Shown in pieces: positions 38,558 to 52,930 of a stretch of 64,000 bases of DNA. The notes beneath the pieces are model-generated. The model was not told where the DNA came from, made no database searches, and was given only the letters and a program-made list of their open reading frames with translations. Origin of the DNA: Eledone cirrhosa (taxonomy: Eukaryota); the NCBI GenBank assembly GCA_964016885.1, contig OZ024745.1:122264001-122328000 (forward strand), in the 5' to 3' direction. Every line of letters starts with the position of its first letter. Positions within the stretch are counted from its first letter, which is position 1. Position numbers and translations under genes: made by a program.

Positions 38558-41500
38558 GAGATAACCTATATCTATGGTCAACAGAATCCAGATCCAGTGA
38601 CACTGTAGACAGAGATAACCTATATCCATGGTCAACAGAATCCAGATCCAGTGACACTGTAGACAGAGATAACCTATATCTATGGTCAACAGAATCCAGA
38701 TCCAGTGACACTGTAGACAGAGATAACCTATATCTATGGTCAACAGAATCCAGATCCAGTGACACTGTAGACAGATAACCTATATCTATGGTCAACAGAA
38801 TCCAGATCCAGTGACACTGTAGACAGAGATAACCTATATCTATGGTCAACAGAATCCAGATCCAGTGACACTGTAGACAGATAACCTATATCTATGGTCA
38901 ACAGAATCCAGATCCAGTGACACTGTAGACAGAGATAACCTATATCTATGGTCAACAGAATCCAGATCCAGTGACACTGTAGACAGATAACCTATATCTA
39001 TGGTCAACAGAATCCAGATCCAGTGACACTGTAGACAGAGATAACCTATATCTATGGTCAACAGAATCCAGATCCAGTGACACTGTAGACAGAGATAACC
39101 TATATCTATGGTCAACAGAATCCAGATCCAGTGACACTGTAGACAGAGATAACCTATATCTATGGTCAACAGAATCCAGATCTAGTGACACTGTAGACAG
39201 ATAACCTATATCCATGGTCAACAGAATCCAGATCCAGTGACACTGTAGACAGAGATAACCTATATCTATGGTCAACAGAATCCAGATCCAGTGACACTGT
39301 AGACAGATAACCTATATCCATGGTCAACAGAATCCAGATCTAGTGACACTGTAGACAGATAACCTATATCCATGGTCAACAGAATCCAGATCCAGTGACA
39401 CTGTAGACAGAGATAACCTATATCTATGGTCAACAGAATCCAGATCCAGTGACACTGTAGACAGAGATAACCTATATCTATGGTCAACAGAATCCAGATC
39501 CAGTGACACTGTAGACAGAGATAACCTATATCTATGGTCAACAGAATCCAGATCCAGTGACACTGTAGACAGAGATAACCTATATCTATGGTCAACAGAA
39601 TCCAGATCCAGTGACACTGTAGACAGAGATAACCTATATCTATGGTCAACAGAATCCAGATCCAGTGACACTGTAGACAGAGATAACCTATATCTATGGT
39701 CAACAGAATCCAGATCTAGTGACACTGTAGACAGATAACCTATATCCATGGTCAACAGAATCCAGATCCAGTGACACTGTAGACAGAGATAACCTATATC
39801 TATGGTCAACAGAATCCAGATCCAGTGACACTGTAGACAGAGATAACCTATATCTATGGTCAACAGAATCCAGATCCAGTGACACTGTAGACAGAGATAA
39901 CCTATATCCATGGTCAACAGAATCCAGATCCAGTGACACTGTAGACAGAGATAACCTATATCTATGGTCAACAGAATCCAGATCCAGTGACACTGTAGAC
40001 AGAGATAACCTATATCTATGGTCAACAGAATCCAGATCCAGTGACACTGTAGACAGAGATAACCTATATCCATGGTCAACAGAATCCAGATCCAGTGACA
40101 CTGTAGACAGATAACCTATATCCATGGTCAACAGAATCCAGATCTAGTGACACTGTAGACAGAGATAACCTATATCCATGGTCAACAGAATCCAGATCCA
40201 GTGACACTGTAGACAGAGATAACCTATATCTATGGTCAACAGAATCCAGATCCAGTGACACTGTAGACAGAGATAACCTATATCTATGGTCAACAGAATC
40301 CAGATCCAGTGACACTGTAGACAGAGATAACCTATATCTATGGTCAACAGAATCCAGATCCAGTGACACTGTAGACAGAGATAACCTATATCCATGGTCA
40401 ACAGAATCCAGATCCAGTGACACTGTAGACAGATAACCTATATCCATGGTCAACAGAATCCAGATCTAGTGACACTGTAGACAGAGATAACCTATATCCA
40501 TGGTCAACAGAATCCAGATCTAGTGACACTGTAGACAGATAACCTATATCTATGGTCAACAGAATCCAGATCTAGTGACACTGTAGACAGAGATAACCTA
40601 TATCCATGGTCAACAGAATCCAGATCTAGTGACACTGTAGACAGAGATAACCTATATCTATGGTCAACAGAATCCAGATCCAGTGACACTGTAGACAGAG
40701 ATAACCTATATCTATGGTCAACAGAATCCAGATCCAGTGACACTGTAGACAGAGATAACCTATATCTATGGTCAACAGAATCCAGATCCAGTGACACTGT
40801 AGACAGAGATAACCTATATCTATGGTCAATAGAATCCAGATCTAGTGACACTGTAGACAGAGATAACCTATATCCATGGTCAACAGAATCCAGATCCAGT
40901 GACACTGTAGACAGAGATAACCTATATCTATGGTCAACAGAATCCAGATCTAGTGACACTGTAGACAGATAACCTATATCTATGGTCAACAGAATCCAGA
41001 TCTAGTGACACTGTAGACAGATAACCTATATCTATGGTCAACAGAATCCAGATCCAGTGACACTGTAGACAGAGATAACCTATATCTATGGTCAACAGAA
41101 TCCAGATCCAGTGACACTGTAGACAGAGATAACCTATATCTATGGTCAACAGAATCCAGATCCAGTGACACTGTAGACAGAGATAACCTATATCTATGGT
41201 CAACAGAATCCAGATCTAGTGACACTGTAGACAGATAACCTATATCTATGGTCAACAGAATCCAGATCTAGTGACACTGTAGACAGATAACCTATATCCA
41301 TGGTCAACAGAATCCAGATCTAGTGACACTGTAGACAGAGATAACCTATATCTATGGTCAACAGAATCCAGATCTAGTGACACTGTAGACAGATAACCTA
41401 TATCTATGGTCAACAGAATCCAGATCCAGTGACACTGTAGACAGAGATAACCTATATCTATGGTCAACAGAATCCAGATCTAGTGACACTGTAGACAGAG

Positions 41501-43078
41501 ATAACCTATATCTATGGTCAACAGAATCCAGATCCAGTGACACTGTAGACAGAGATAACCTATATCTATGGTCAACAGAATCCAGATCTAGTGACACTGT
41601 AGACAGATAACCTATATCTATGGTCAACAGAATCCAGATCTAGTGACACTGTAGACAGAGATAACCTATATCTATGGTCAACAGAATCCAGATCTAGTGA
41701 CACTGTAGACAGAGATAACCTATATCTATGGTCAACAGAATCCAGATCTAGTGACACTGTAGACAGAGATAACCTATATCTATGGTCAACAGAATCCAGA
41801 TCTAGTGACACTGTAGACAGAGATAACCTATATCCATGGTCAACAGAATCCAGATCTAGTGACACTGTAGACAGAGATAACCTATATCTATGGTCAACAG
41901 AATCCAGATCTAGTGACACTGTAGACAGAGATAACCTATATCCATGGTCAACAGAATCCAGATCCAGTGACACTGTAGACAGAGATAACCTATATCTATG
42001 GTCAACAGAATCCAGATCCAGTGACACTGTAGACAGATAACCTATATCCATGGTCAACAGAATCCAGATCTAGTGACACTGTAGACAGATAACCTATATC
42101 CATGGTCAACAGAATCCAGATCCAGTGACACTGTAGACAGAGATAACCTATATCTATGGTCAACAGAATCCAGATCCAGTGACACTGTAGACAGAGATAA
42201 CCTATATCCATGGTCAACAGAATCCAGATCCAGTGACACTGTAGACAGATAACCTATATCCATGGTCAACAGAATCCAGATCTAGTGACACTGTAGACAG
42301 AGATAACCTATATCTATGGTCAACAGAATCCAGATCCAGTGACACTGTAGACAGAGATAACCTATATCTATGGTCAACAGAATCCAGATCCAGTGACACT
42401 GTAGACAGAGATAACCTATATCTATGGTCAACAGAATCCAGATCCAGTGACACTGTAGACAGAGATAACCTATATCTATGGTCAACAGAATCCAGATCCA
42501 GTGACACTGTAGACAGAGATAACCTATATCTATGGTCAACAGAATCCAGATCCAGTGACACTGTAGACAGAGATAACCTATATCTATGGTCAACAGAATC
42601 CAGATCTAGTGACACTGTAGACAGAGATAACCTATATCCATGGTCAACAGAATCCAGATCCAGTGACACTGTAGACAGAGATAACCTATATCTATGGTCA
42701 ACAGAATCCAGATCCAGTGACACTGTAGACAGATAACCTATATCCATGGTCAACAGAATCCAGATCTAGTGACACTGTAGACAGAGATAACCTATATCTA
42801 TGGTCAACAGAATCCAGATCCAGTGACACTGTAGACAGAGATAACCTATATCTATGGTCAACAGAATCCAGATCCAGTGACACTGTAGACAGAGATAACC
42901 TATATCTATGGTCAACAGAATCCAGATCTAGTGACACTGTAGACAGATAACCTATATCCATGGTCAACAGAATCCAGATCTAGTGACACTGTAGACAGAT
43001 AACCTATATCTATGGTCAACAGAATCCAGATCTAGTGACACTGTAGACAGAGATAACCTATATCTATGGTCAACAGAA
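38558..43078. repeat. 4.5-kb homogeneous 54/52-bp minisatellite (~84 units, estimated from length)
   Basis: gagataacctatatc(t/c)atggtcaacagaatccagatc(c/t)agtgacactgtagaca with an optional GA deletion. Confidence 0.98.
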
Positions 43079-43249
43079 AATTAGTAGACAGATATTTTAG
43101 CATGATGTAGTTAGTCAACTATGAATTTGAACTTGCGCCCTATTAGTCCTATAAGGCTGCCTCACATATAATTGTCATGGGGTTCTATTATCATCTCATT
43201 CTTCCACCGTTTAACTTATGTTTATATAGATTAATGTATACATTCACTG

Positions 43250-43665
43250 TGATAAAAGCCGACCTTACCCAACTACACCTCTCAAAGTCAATGACACACG
43301 ACCGTGACTTCTGGCGTCACGCAGTAATACAGGGTACCCGACCTCCCATGGGTACATGCTGAAGCATATAAACAATATGCCCCCCCCCCACCGCAAGGTG
43401 GTTGTGGAGGTGCCACGGCAAAAAAGCACCCAGCCCACACTGTAAAGTGGACGTGTAGGCGCCACGAAAAAGCACCCAGCACTCACTGTAAATGAGGTTG
43501 GTGTTAGGAAGGGCATCCAGCTGTAGAAATCAAGCCAGATCAGTTCCTGTATGAGCAAGGCATGGTCAGCCGACCAGACACTGCCCACAACAGGACAACC
43601 CGTCTAACCCATGCTAGCGTGGAAGAACGGACGTAAAACGGTGATGATGATGATGATGATGATTC
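43250..43665 (+). mobile_element. 5'-truncated RTE 3' end
   Basis: IKADLTQLHLSKSMTHDRDFWRHAV, 3'UTR and (GAT)n tail. Confidence 0.8.
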
Positions 43666-43789
43666 ACTACTTAGATGGTATTTCCTATAGCAATCTAAAT
43701 ATGCAACTTGTTTTCTATACCTGGTCAAAGCCATTTTATATCACTTATGCAATACTGACATGGGAAAGCCATGAAAGTCACAATTCTTC

Positions 43790-44275
43790 TTCTAAGCCCA
43801 CTTATTCCTGAGAGGTTTGTGGGGGCAGAGTTCTCAAACACTCCTTCCAGCTGGTCCTGTCAGAAGCAACCGTCTCCAACTGATTCAGCTGGATCCCAAG
43901 CAAAACCATCCAAACTCATGGATGTTATCCAACTATCTTGCTCGGCGTCTACCCCTGGGTCACCTGCCAGTTGATTTTGCCTGTAAAATCTGTCCATTGA
44001 TTCTTTCTTGAAATATTCTAACCACATGCCCGTAGTATCGGAGCTATGATTTCTCAATTCGGAGAAATAGTGGCTCTACATGCAGTGACTCAGACCTCCG
44101 AGCTACGCACTCTATCAAGTAATGTTACTCCAAAGACCCTTCGGAGGAAGCATATTTCGGCCACTTGTATTCGTGATTGTATTCTTTTGGACATTTCCCA
44201 AGATTTATAACCATAGGTAAGGGCTGGCATGAATACCGAATTGAAGATACCGAGCTTGGCTTTTACACCTACCTC
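43790..44275 (-). mobile_element. RTE-clade LINE 3' part (second family); related copies at 61040-61540 (-) and 62440-62655 (+)
   Basis: Related copy encodes LAIFGIYMPTLTYGHESW..MGFLRRVFEVTLLDRV; DNA similarity among the three copies. Confidence 0.75.
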
Positions 44276-45171
44276 CCTTCTTCTGCTTCTTTCTTCTAAA
44301 ATATATGATACTGTCTAAATAAATCACTTTGATGATACTCTTTCATGGTGAAGGGATGAAAACATCACATCTCCATTCCAACTACCTTATATATAATACC
44401 ATGTGTCTTATATAAAATCGGGACATTAGACTTACAGTCTTGCAGAGTAGAGTTAATATATCTGAAAACCGAAAATAAACCTAATTATGTGTAAATTTAA
44501 TAATGTACGAATCACAAAACTTCAGTTTTATCCCGCTTTTGTGTATGCATTATGTCAACACACTCTTCCTATTCTTTTTGTGTATTAATGCATTGGTGCA
44601 CTCGATTTTATTTTACATAATTAAAAAGAAAAAAACATTTTTTTTTCATCTCAAAACGTCTTGCTGAAGTCATTTTAAAATAGATTATTTCCTAACTCCT
44701 CTTTTCACCTCGAAGATGGTTCGATGAATAATATGCCTGTGTGTAATTTATAATTTCTCTGTCGGTGAACTGCGTCTTTTAACAGCTCCTATCACCCCAT
44801 GTCTCCATTAACTTTCTCACCACCCCATTTCTCTTTGAAGTTATGCCACGCCAGTCATACTAAAAATGTATTTGGTTGTTGTTGTAGTAGTAGTAGTAGT
44901 AGTAGCAGCAGAGGTAGTCGTAGTCGTATTTAAAACAGAACATCCTGTCCCGCAAAGATCAATAGTAATAAAATGAATAAAGAAAAGAAAAGAAGAAAAG
45001 ATGCATGACAAGAAGGCAAGTTGTTGGCTGTGGTGATTGTTGCGTGGCGGCTGGTTTAGTTTGTTGTTGTCTTGATATTAGCGACAGCAACTTTTATCGA
45101 TATTAACTGATATATTAATATCATCGAACCAATTTATTGCTTCGTCAATTCCAGGTCCCGATGAATGACTC

Positions 45172-45202
<31 letters not shown>

Positions 45203-46354
45203 GTTCAATAACGATATTTGATAATTTCTTTTATTATTGATACACGAGCAACATACAAAGGGGACGTTATAAGTACAAGTCACAGCAACAAAAAAAAAAG
45301 TGAGGTTTAGACATAATAATAGGCTTCTTTTTTCGGAAGGTTATTTATTGTATTCGATTTTATTGACATCAGTTGTTGACTTTTACCCCAGAAGCATAAA
45401 CGACTATGTTTATTTACGTCGGTGGGTTTTCAAATTCAGAACGTATCTACCTACAAACGGGTATTTCATTTGACTCTTCACCGATTCTGCCATCCATAAT
45501 AATAACAATGAATTCTGACAGAGGCACAAGGCCAGACGTTTTTCGAGTGATTATATTTACACCCACCTCCCCATTATTTGGCTGATACTTCTAGAGTAAA
45601 AAGCAAAGTTGACCCCGCGGGATTTAAACTCAGGACAAAAAGAAACCTAACTAAATACTGCACGGCATTAAGTCCGACGACACACCATCGTTGTTTGACG
45701 TTAGTAGTAGGTTATAATATGAAGTGAATGGAATTAAATAATGTATAGCATAAAAGTTAGTAAAACTAAAGCAAGGGAGATAATGCTGTTGTTTCATCAG
45801 TTTGTTGTGACAAGAAGCTTAAAGTTCTAACTGAACAGTGAAGGGGAAAGAAGAGTAAGGGAGAGTGTATCATTGAGAAAAAGAATATGAGCTGGTGGGA
45901 GTGTAAACGGCCCATATTGAAGGAAACAAAGAGGATAAGAGGAAGTAGAGACAGTGGCACACGTACTACATCTAGTAAGAGAAGCAGTGGCTGCTGCCAA
46001 GCTCTAACTACTTACCATTCACTGGACTATTTTACCTTGGTTAATGTCATGGACACCTGCTAGTAATTATTATTGTTGCTGTCATAGTCGAGACTTGATT
46101 GTTACTCTTATCTTCGCTGTCTGTCGTCCCGATGTTAGGAAAGAGAAATCAAAGTTATAAATAAATAAATAAAGCTAGACCAAATCCGTGTTGTCGCTGC
46201 CACTGCAATTTACTGCTGGATAAGTCTCGCCTGATATTTGCTGCCGTGGATTAAAGGAATAACACGCACTCGACACTTTGGATTTTATATATTTTTCGTT
46301 ACTCAAAACACCGTCAAATATATCTACTTTAACCGGTCTGCATTGTACTGTTAG

Positions 46355-46403
46355 ATGCTTAACTTTTTACTGAAGACTATTATGGAACTACCAGCTGGAG
46401 CAG
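46355..46403 (+). CDS. Candidate exon MLNFLLKTIMELPAGA (internal phase 0-1, or coding end of an alternative first exon)
   Basis: ctgttag|ATG and cag|gtatat donor; lies in a CpG-richer non-repetitive region. Confidence 0.35.
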
Positions 46404-48847
46404 GTATATACGCACATGTCTATCTATCTGTTTGTCTATTTATTCATCTGTCTGTGACGCAGATAGGTGATGATTTTCAAAGCCATTCTAACCATGACCA
46501 TTCCATCTTCATTCCAGATATTTCGTAATTTCCTTTTTTTTTTAAAAGGTAATAGGATGTTATTTGAGGGAGATTTCTACCATTGTACTCTAGCAACGTG
46601 TTAAAAATATATCTATACAGAAACAGCCATACTAAAAGGAATGCAGGAAAAAGTCACACATGCAAAAAAAAAAAAAAAATCACAGAAAACGTTATAACCC
46701 ACATGAATATCTTCAATAAACACTGTTTTGTTGAAGATATTAAATTAAATGTGATATTTTTTTCACATGCTGTAATGCAATTATAGAAATTGTGTTGTCA
46801 TTGTGTACAAGCCTTGTATTGTTAGCTAATAAGCAATTTAACAAATAATATTTGAACTAATATTTATGGTATTTCAATGAATTGTGACATTTTTCCTTAG
46901 CTAAAATTGTGAGTTTGTTTTTCAGTGATGCAATTTCCGTTTGCCAGTGAAACTTGAAATGGGTTTCTTTCCTTTTTATTGTTTTGTCTGTTTAAAATAA
47001 AGTACTGCTTTCCTATCACGCAGAAAGAGACCTTATGTATGTGATATCTTATGTATACATATTTCTTAATACTCCGATCAATTGAGGCTTATTAGAACCC
47101 GGTGTAGTGTAGATATAAATATCCCATCAACGTAATGCTCTTTGAAACGATCATTAAACACTGGTTTAATTAAGAACTAAACCTTGTTTTGTTTTCATTG
47201 TTCAACTTTATCTATCTATAGTAATATTGTATATGGAAGCATTTTCTAACAGACCGGTCCTGTTTATTACTGAAGTTGGAGTACTTTCTCTATCTGAGGT
47301 TAACTTTGCCTTTCATCCTTACGGGGTCGATGAAATAAAGTACCAGTAATGTACTGGGATAATTGCTAGCCTTGTGCCAAAAGTAGAAACAATTATATTA
47401 GTAGTTCATCTAACATTCGTCCCTAATGCCCTTCATACAAGTATTAACTTCACAATCTCCCACTTTTTGTTAAATCATAAAGATTTGCTTTCATTCTTGT
47501 GCAAGAAACAACATATTATGATTACATATTAAATATATTATTAATAGTAGCGATAGAGCAAAATAGTTATTGTGATATTTCTGTTGTTTTGTTACAATAT
47601 ATATATATATATATATCTTAGTGGATAAAAGAATTTATTTTCTAATAAAGAAAATGTAATGTATGATACGTATCAGCTGTGATAAATTTGGTTCGACCAA
47701 TTCTTAATGGATCCATTCTATCCGGTTTTTATAGTCTCAGGTCAGCTGAGCTGGAGTAGACCGATGATTAAAACTATTCTAACCCTCAACACAGTCTTTT
47801 TTTTTTCTAATGGCAAAGTTTATCCCATACTACATTATCAAATGTGTCCCTTTGTGACTTTTTTTAAGACAGTAGAGTGTGATTCGAGAGAAATTTGGCT
47901 GCTATTTCTAGCAGTTGGAACGGTCAGACAGATGCTCTCTCTATCGGTGAAACATACATACCACATAACTAGCTTTTGTTCTTTTCTCCCCATGCAATCT
48001 TATTTTGCTACTGTTTACGGCTAGCTTATCGCTCTTGTTTGGTGTACATTTTAGTTTAAGTTGTCATCATTAACCTAGTGGTTATCTTTGAGAAATTCTG
48101 CTCTCTTTGCCTTGTTCCATACAGACGGCATTTTTTCTGTCTCTTTTGTTTGTTATTACTTGCCAACAACACAAGCGACTACTTTTTATTTTGTTTATTA
48201 ATTCTGAAACGGAAGGCAAGGCCCGAAACGATAGATTCAAACTCCTCACAGCCATTGAACTTATTTAACTAACTTATGTTTTAATGTTCTAGTTCCACTG
48301 AGGTTGACTTTAACTTTATCTGTAGAATCGATGAATAACTATTGTTTCTTATTTATTAATCAACTCTTCTTTGTCTACAAAAACACACACAGTAGTTATA
48401 AATTTGTCACTTTCCTTGTGTCTTGAGTTAGAAACAATTTCCATAATTTTCTCCGAGGCATACAACTCCTTTTTGTAAGAAGGGATATAATCGATTCGAC
48501 CCTAATTTCCTTATCAGCTCCCTGTTCTAAATGTTCCATTTTTAAATAGTCCCCATTATCGAATCTCAGTTTGCAGATTTGGCATTTATCTTTTGTTTTG
48601 AAATCACTTCACAGAGGCTTAACTCCTCATTTGAGGTGACACATACACAGACACACACACACACAGACAGATACACACACACACATTTACGATGGAGAAA
48701 ATAAGACTCTTATCAACAAATTTTATTCCTTACACGATGTTTCATCTGAAAGGGCGACAGTATTCTTATGGAAGGAATTAAATAAGGTTTATATTATCTG
48801 TAGAATTGCACACTTCAGACTCTTCATATATACTGTGTGTGTGTGTG

Positions 48848-48916
<69 letters not shown>

Positions 48917-51207
48917 ATATATATATGTGTGTGTGTATGTGTGATATAAAACCAATGCATTTAAAATGAACTGATATTTTGTTTTAGATTGTCAGATAAA
49001 GATCATTGTAATGTCTTTTAAACTGACATACAATATTTTAGTTGCCTGTGTGGTTTGTGGCATCATTGATATTATTAGCTTTTCAACTTTTCTACTGAGA
49101 TTAATTAATCTTTCCCTACTTTGAATCTGTGCGATCCACTTGTTTCACCATTTGTCTTGTATTCGTTGGTTGTCAATCTAAATAAATATTTGTTAGATCC
49201 AACAGCTGTCCAAAATAAATATTTCTTATCACTGGCTCCAGATAAGATGAAGCTCTCTTTAATAATGAAATCGTAGAAAACTTCCATTACTTGGTGTAAG
49301 ATTGCTTTAAGATTTTAAAAGTTAGTTGTGAAATTATATCACACGTTTAGCTTATTAATTAACACGTCGTTAGTATTACCAATGGTCACCAAGTATAAAT
49401 ACTATAGCAGTTATTGATTTTATTTTTTGTTAGCTTTGCTGGTTGATGTAATTGGATAGGCAGACTTTTGGAAAGTAAAATGAATTCCGTTGTGATAGCT
49501 AAGTTTTTAGTTATTTACTGCTTCCCATATATTACTTCGACAGAGACACTGCTGCTAATTCCTGCCCTTCACTCAACACACCACTAGTAATTTAGGCTTC
49601 GAAAAATAGGAAGTCTGTTTGAATCGGTCTTGTGAAATTACTCATAAACACCAGATTGCTATGAAAATAAAGAGGAGAGATGGGGAGGGAAAGAAAGGTT
49701 ATTTTCTCTTCAAATGTTATGGTTTGATTATTTTTGTAGTGACAGTTACCATGTCTATATTGATTTTTGAATGTTATCTTTCCTTTGTCTCCAGTAACTA
49801 ATGCATTATATTAATTTGACAACTATAGAATCATTGCCACTAGTTAAATATTTTTTATCTTGTCTGTTCGTTATATTTCCTAGGTAACAAGTCTTGTTAT
49901 TCACACCAGTTTACATATACTCTAGAAAATTCACCAAATAAACCACTTTACTGAAATAGTTTTTCGTTCCCTTTCGTTCTGGAATAAACAGCCTACTATA
50001 ACATTTTCTTCTCTTTACTTTCATTTATAATTATGATGGCCTGTTTCAGTTCCTCGATATATCCAACTGCAAAACTAATATAGAAAAAAAAACAATCTGT
50101 GTTAGTGAGTAGCATTCTCTGGTCTGACTATTAAAGAATTTATTTTGGTTGGTTATATTACACATTTGTTTTTTTGGGGAGAAATTTATTCCATTTCTTT
50201 TTATAGTTTAGTTAGTTGAGTGTGAAATGAGCAAGGTGGCTCAATGTTTAGTAATTCTTTCTTTGATGCAGTCAATTTAGTTGTAACCTGCATTTTCAGC
50301 TGTTTCGGTTTATAGACGGAATTGGAACAATGATATTTCGCAATGACAGTTTTTTTCTCATTATAAAACAGCAGAATCCTGAATAATTTAACAATGTTTG
50401 TATCTTTTGTTTGCTCTATGAAACGAAAATAAATAAACAAAAATGTTCTGCCATTTCCATAATATTTATTTGAAGTATTTCTGACACTTTCCTCATACTT
50501 TGCATAAAACAATTTGAAGATAAAAGAATGTGTGTATCATCATCGCCGTTTATCGTCCATCTTCCTCTCTAGCATGGTTAGACGGGTTGTTTTATTTGAG
50601 GCAGGTTGGATCAGGTGACCATGTCTTGCTCATGTAGAACTGTTTCTGGCTAGGTTTCTACAGTTGGATGACCTTCCTAATGCTTTTGTCGTGTCTCCTA
50701 CACCACAACTTTACAGCGTGGCCTGGGTGCCTTTTGTCGTGACTTCTACACGACCACTTTACAGTGTGGACTGGGTGCTACACGTATGTATGTATTTAAA
50801 AATAAGGGTGTGTATATATATATATATATGTATAGTGGGTGTGTGTTAATACACACACACATATATCATATAATAGACATCACACTGCTCGGGCTGTTTC
50901 CCCCCTATTCTCCCTTACCTTTTCTATGTCTCAGTGTCCTCCTTTGCACATTGGACAACAGTCCTTATTCTCTTCTCTTTTACTATTTTTCTCCTATGGC
51001 TAAGCCCTTGTGCAATCTATATTTGTGTAATTTGCCTTAAGGCATAACTTGTCTCTACCTGTCTTGTTATTTCCCAATGTACACTGGAATGCGTGGTAGC
51101 GACCTTAATTAACCGAAACCGTAGTGATTTCCATAGGCTGACTGAGGAGATGGGACTGTCCATCATTCCGTTGTTTTTTCCATTGTCTTTGCCCTGTGCG
51201 CTCCCTA

Positions 51208-51261
<54 letters not shown>

Positions 51262-51300
51262 ATATTAAATAAATAGAAACTATATTTATAAAACCATATT

Positions 51301-51361
51301 TATTCTATTATATATATTTCAAGGGTACCAAAACTTTGGTACGCTCTCATCAGATAAAATA
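51301..51361 (-). ncRNA. Minimal type I hammerhead (left-arm copy)
   Basis: Reverse complement of 51419-51479. Confidence 0.65.
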
Positions 51362-51418
51362 CAAAGTTTGTTTTATAAATATTGACATATCCAGGAAGAA
51401 GATATAAAACAAACTTTG

Positions 51419-51479
51419 TATTTTATCTGATGAGAGCGTACCAAAGTTTTGGTACCCTTGAAATATATATAATAGAATA
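51419..51479 (+). ncRNA. Minimal type I hammerhead (right-arm copy)
   Basis: Stem I tattttat/atagaata; CTGATGA; stem II gag.gtacca/tggtac.ctt; GAAA; palindromic tatata stem III; ATA triplet. Confidence 0.65.
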
Positions 51480-52930
51480 AATATGGTTTTATAAATATAG
51501 TTTCCATTTATTTAATATCATTGAATATTATACTCCAGAAAACTTGTCGAGTGCTTCGAATCAGTTATAAACATATATATATTTGTTGAATTACCAACAA
51601 ATTAAATATCCCTTTTGCTTATATATATCGGTTTTGTTGACAACCAAACGACCGTTTAAAGGTTCTTCAACATGTATCATTTTCAACATTAATCCATTTA
51701 GTTTCTCTTAGCCAATATATTTTTTGTGCGTTTTAACAGGAACATTTTCTGAAGCTTTTCAAACTGGATCAAAATGTTTTCTTTTAGGTTTCCATCTGGC
51801 TCAGAGCTAATCTATATATAAATTTCTGTGGTTCTGTCACAACACGTAAAGAGATAGTTTGACTACCTCATACTATTCCTCTCTCTTTACGTTTGCTACC
51901 TACATGAATTTGTGTGTGTAAAAAGGAAGGGATGGTGAAAAAATGATGCTGTGTGCGAGTGTATGTGTGTGTTTGTGTAAATGTATGTATGTGTTTTTGT
52001 GTAAATGTATGTTTGTGCGTTTGTGTAAATATGTCTGTGTTGCTGTGAATGTATGTCTGTGGGTGTACTTTTCTAAGCATGTCTGCGTTTGCGCGTTTAT
52101 ATTTATATACTCATACATATAAATGTATGTATATGCACACGCATATACACATACACGTCAGCATCTTGAAAAAAATTCTAGTATTTTCATAAAGCCGATA
52201 ATGTAGTCTTTGTTGATTAATAAAACTTTCTTCGTTGTATGTGGGGACAATTATGAATGCTCTATTTTTGTTATCAACTTAATTCAGTACTTTCAACTTA
52301 ATATTTGATATTTATTTCCAAATCTTCATTATCTTTATGTTCATATAAAAGCTATTATTATTGGTTATATAATTAGAAACTTTTTTTCATAATTTTCAAC
52401 TCCTCTACATTTGGAGTTTATAGTGTGTCAAATATACAATGATAATATAGATAGCTGGTGCTTGATGTTTTCACAAAATAAGCTATCTACAGATCATAAG
52501 TGTTAAATCGGTTGATTTAATACTTTTGTTAATATATTTTCCAGGAAAATCACTAAGTATGATTCTCAATTAAATCAAGAATTTGGAGGGATTTAGTAAT
52601 ATAAGTAACTTTCTCATTATTAACTTACTGTTTGGAGTATAACTTTAACCCTTTAGCAGTCACATTATTCTGTATTTACTATTGTATTTTTGTGGTAAAC
52701 ATAATATCAAATCTATGAGATTTTGATATTATTTATTTTGATAATACCTTAATATTGGATGAGCAGCTGATTTCAGCCAGTTTGAACAGAAAGAGGTGAG
52801 AAAATTCTGGCCAGATATGGTCAGTTTAAATGCAAAATAAAATAAAATAAAATAAAAATTGATAGTGTATTCAGTATTTGTGCCTCATGTTTTTACTATT
52901 GCAAATGTTTTAAATTATTCACTATATATA

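Larger units (their letters stand above)
51257..51523. repeat. 121-bp near-perfect inverted repeat (51257-51377 / 51403-51523) next to (TA)n
   Basis: One visible mismatch, 25-bp spacer. Confidence 0.9.

Noticed and set aside
38526-43078. Many repetitive ORFs and a CRISPR-like appearance
   Set aside because: Pure tandem repeat with no unique spacers; 2-bp indels break frames; eukaryotic context and no cas genes
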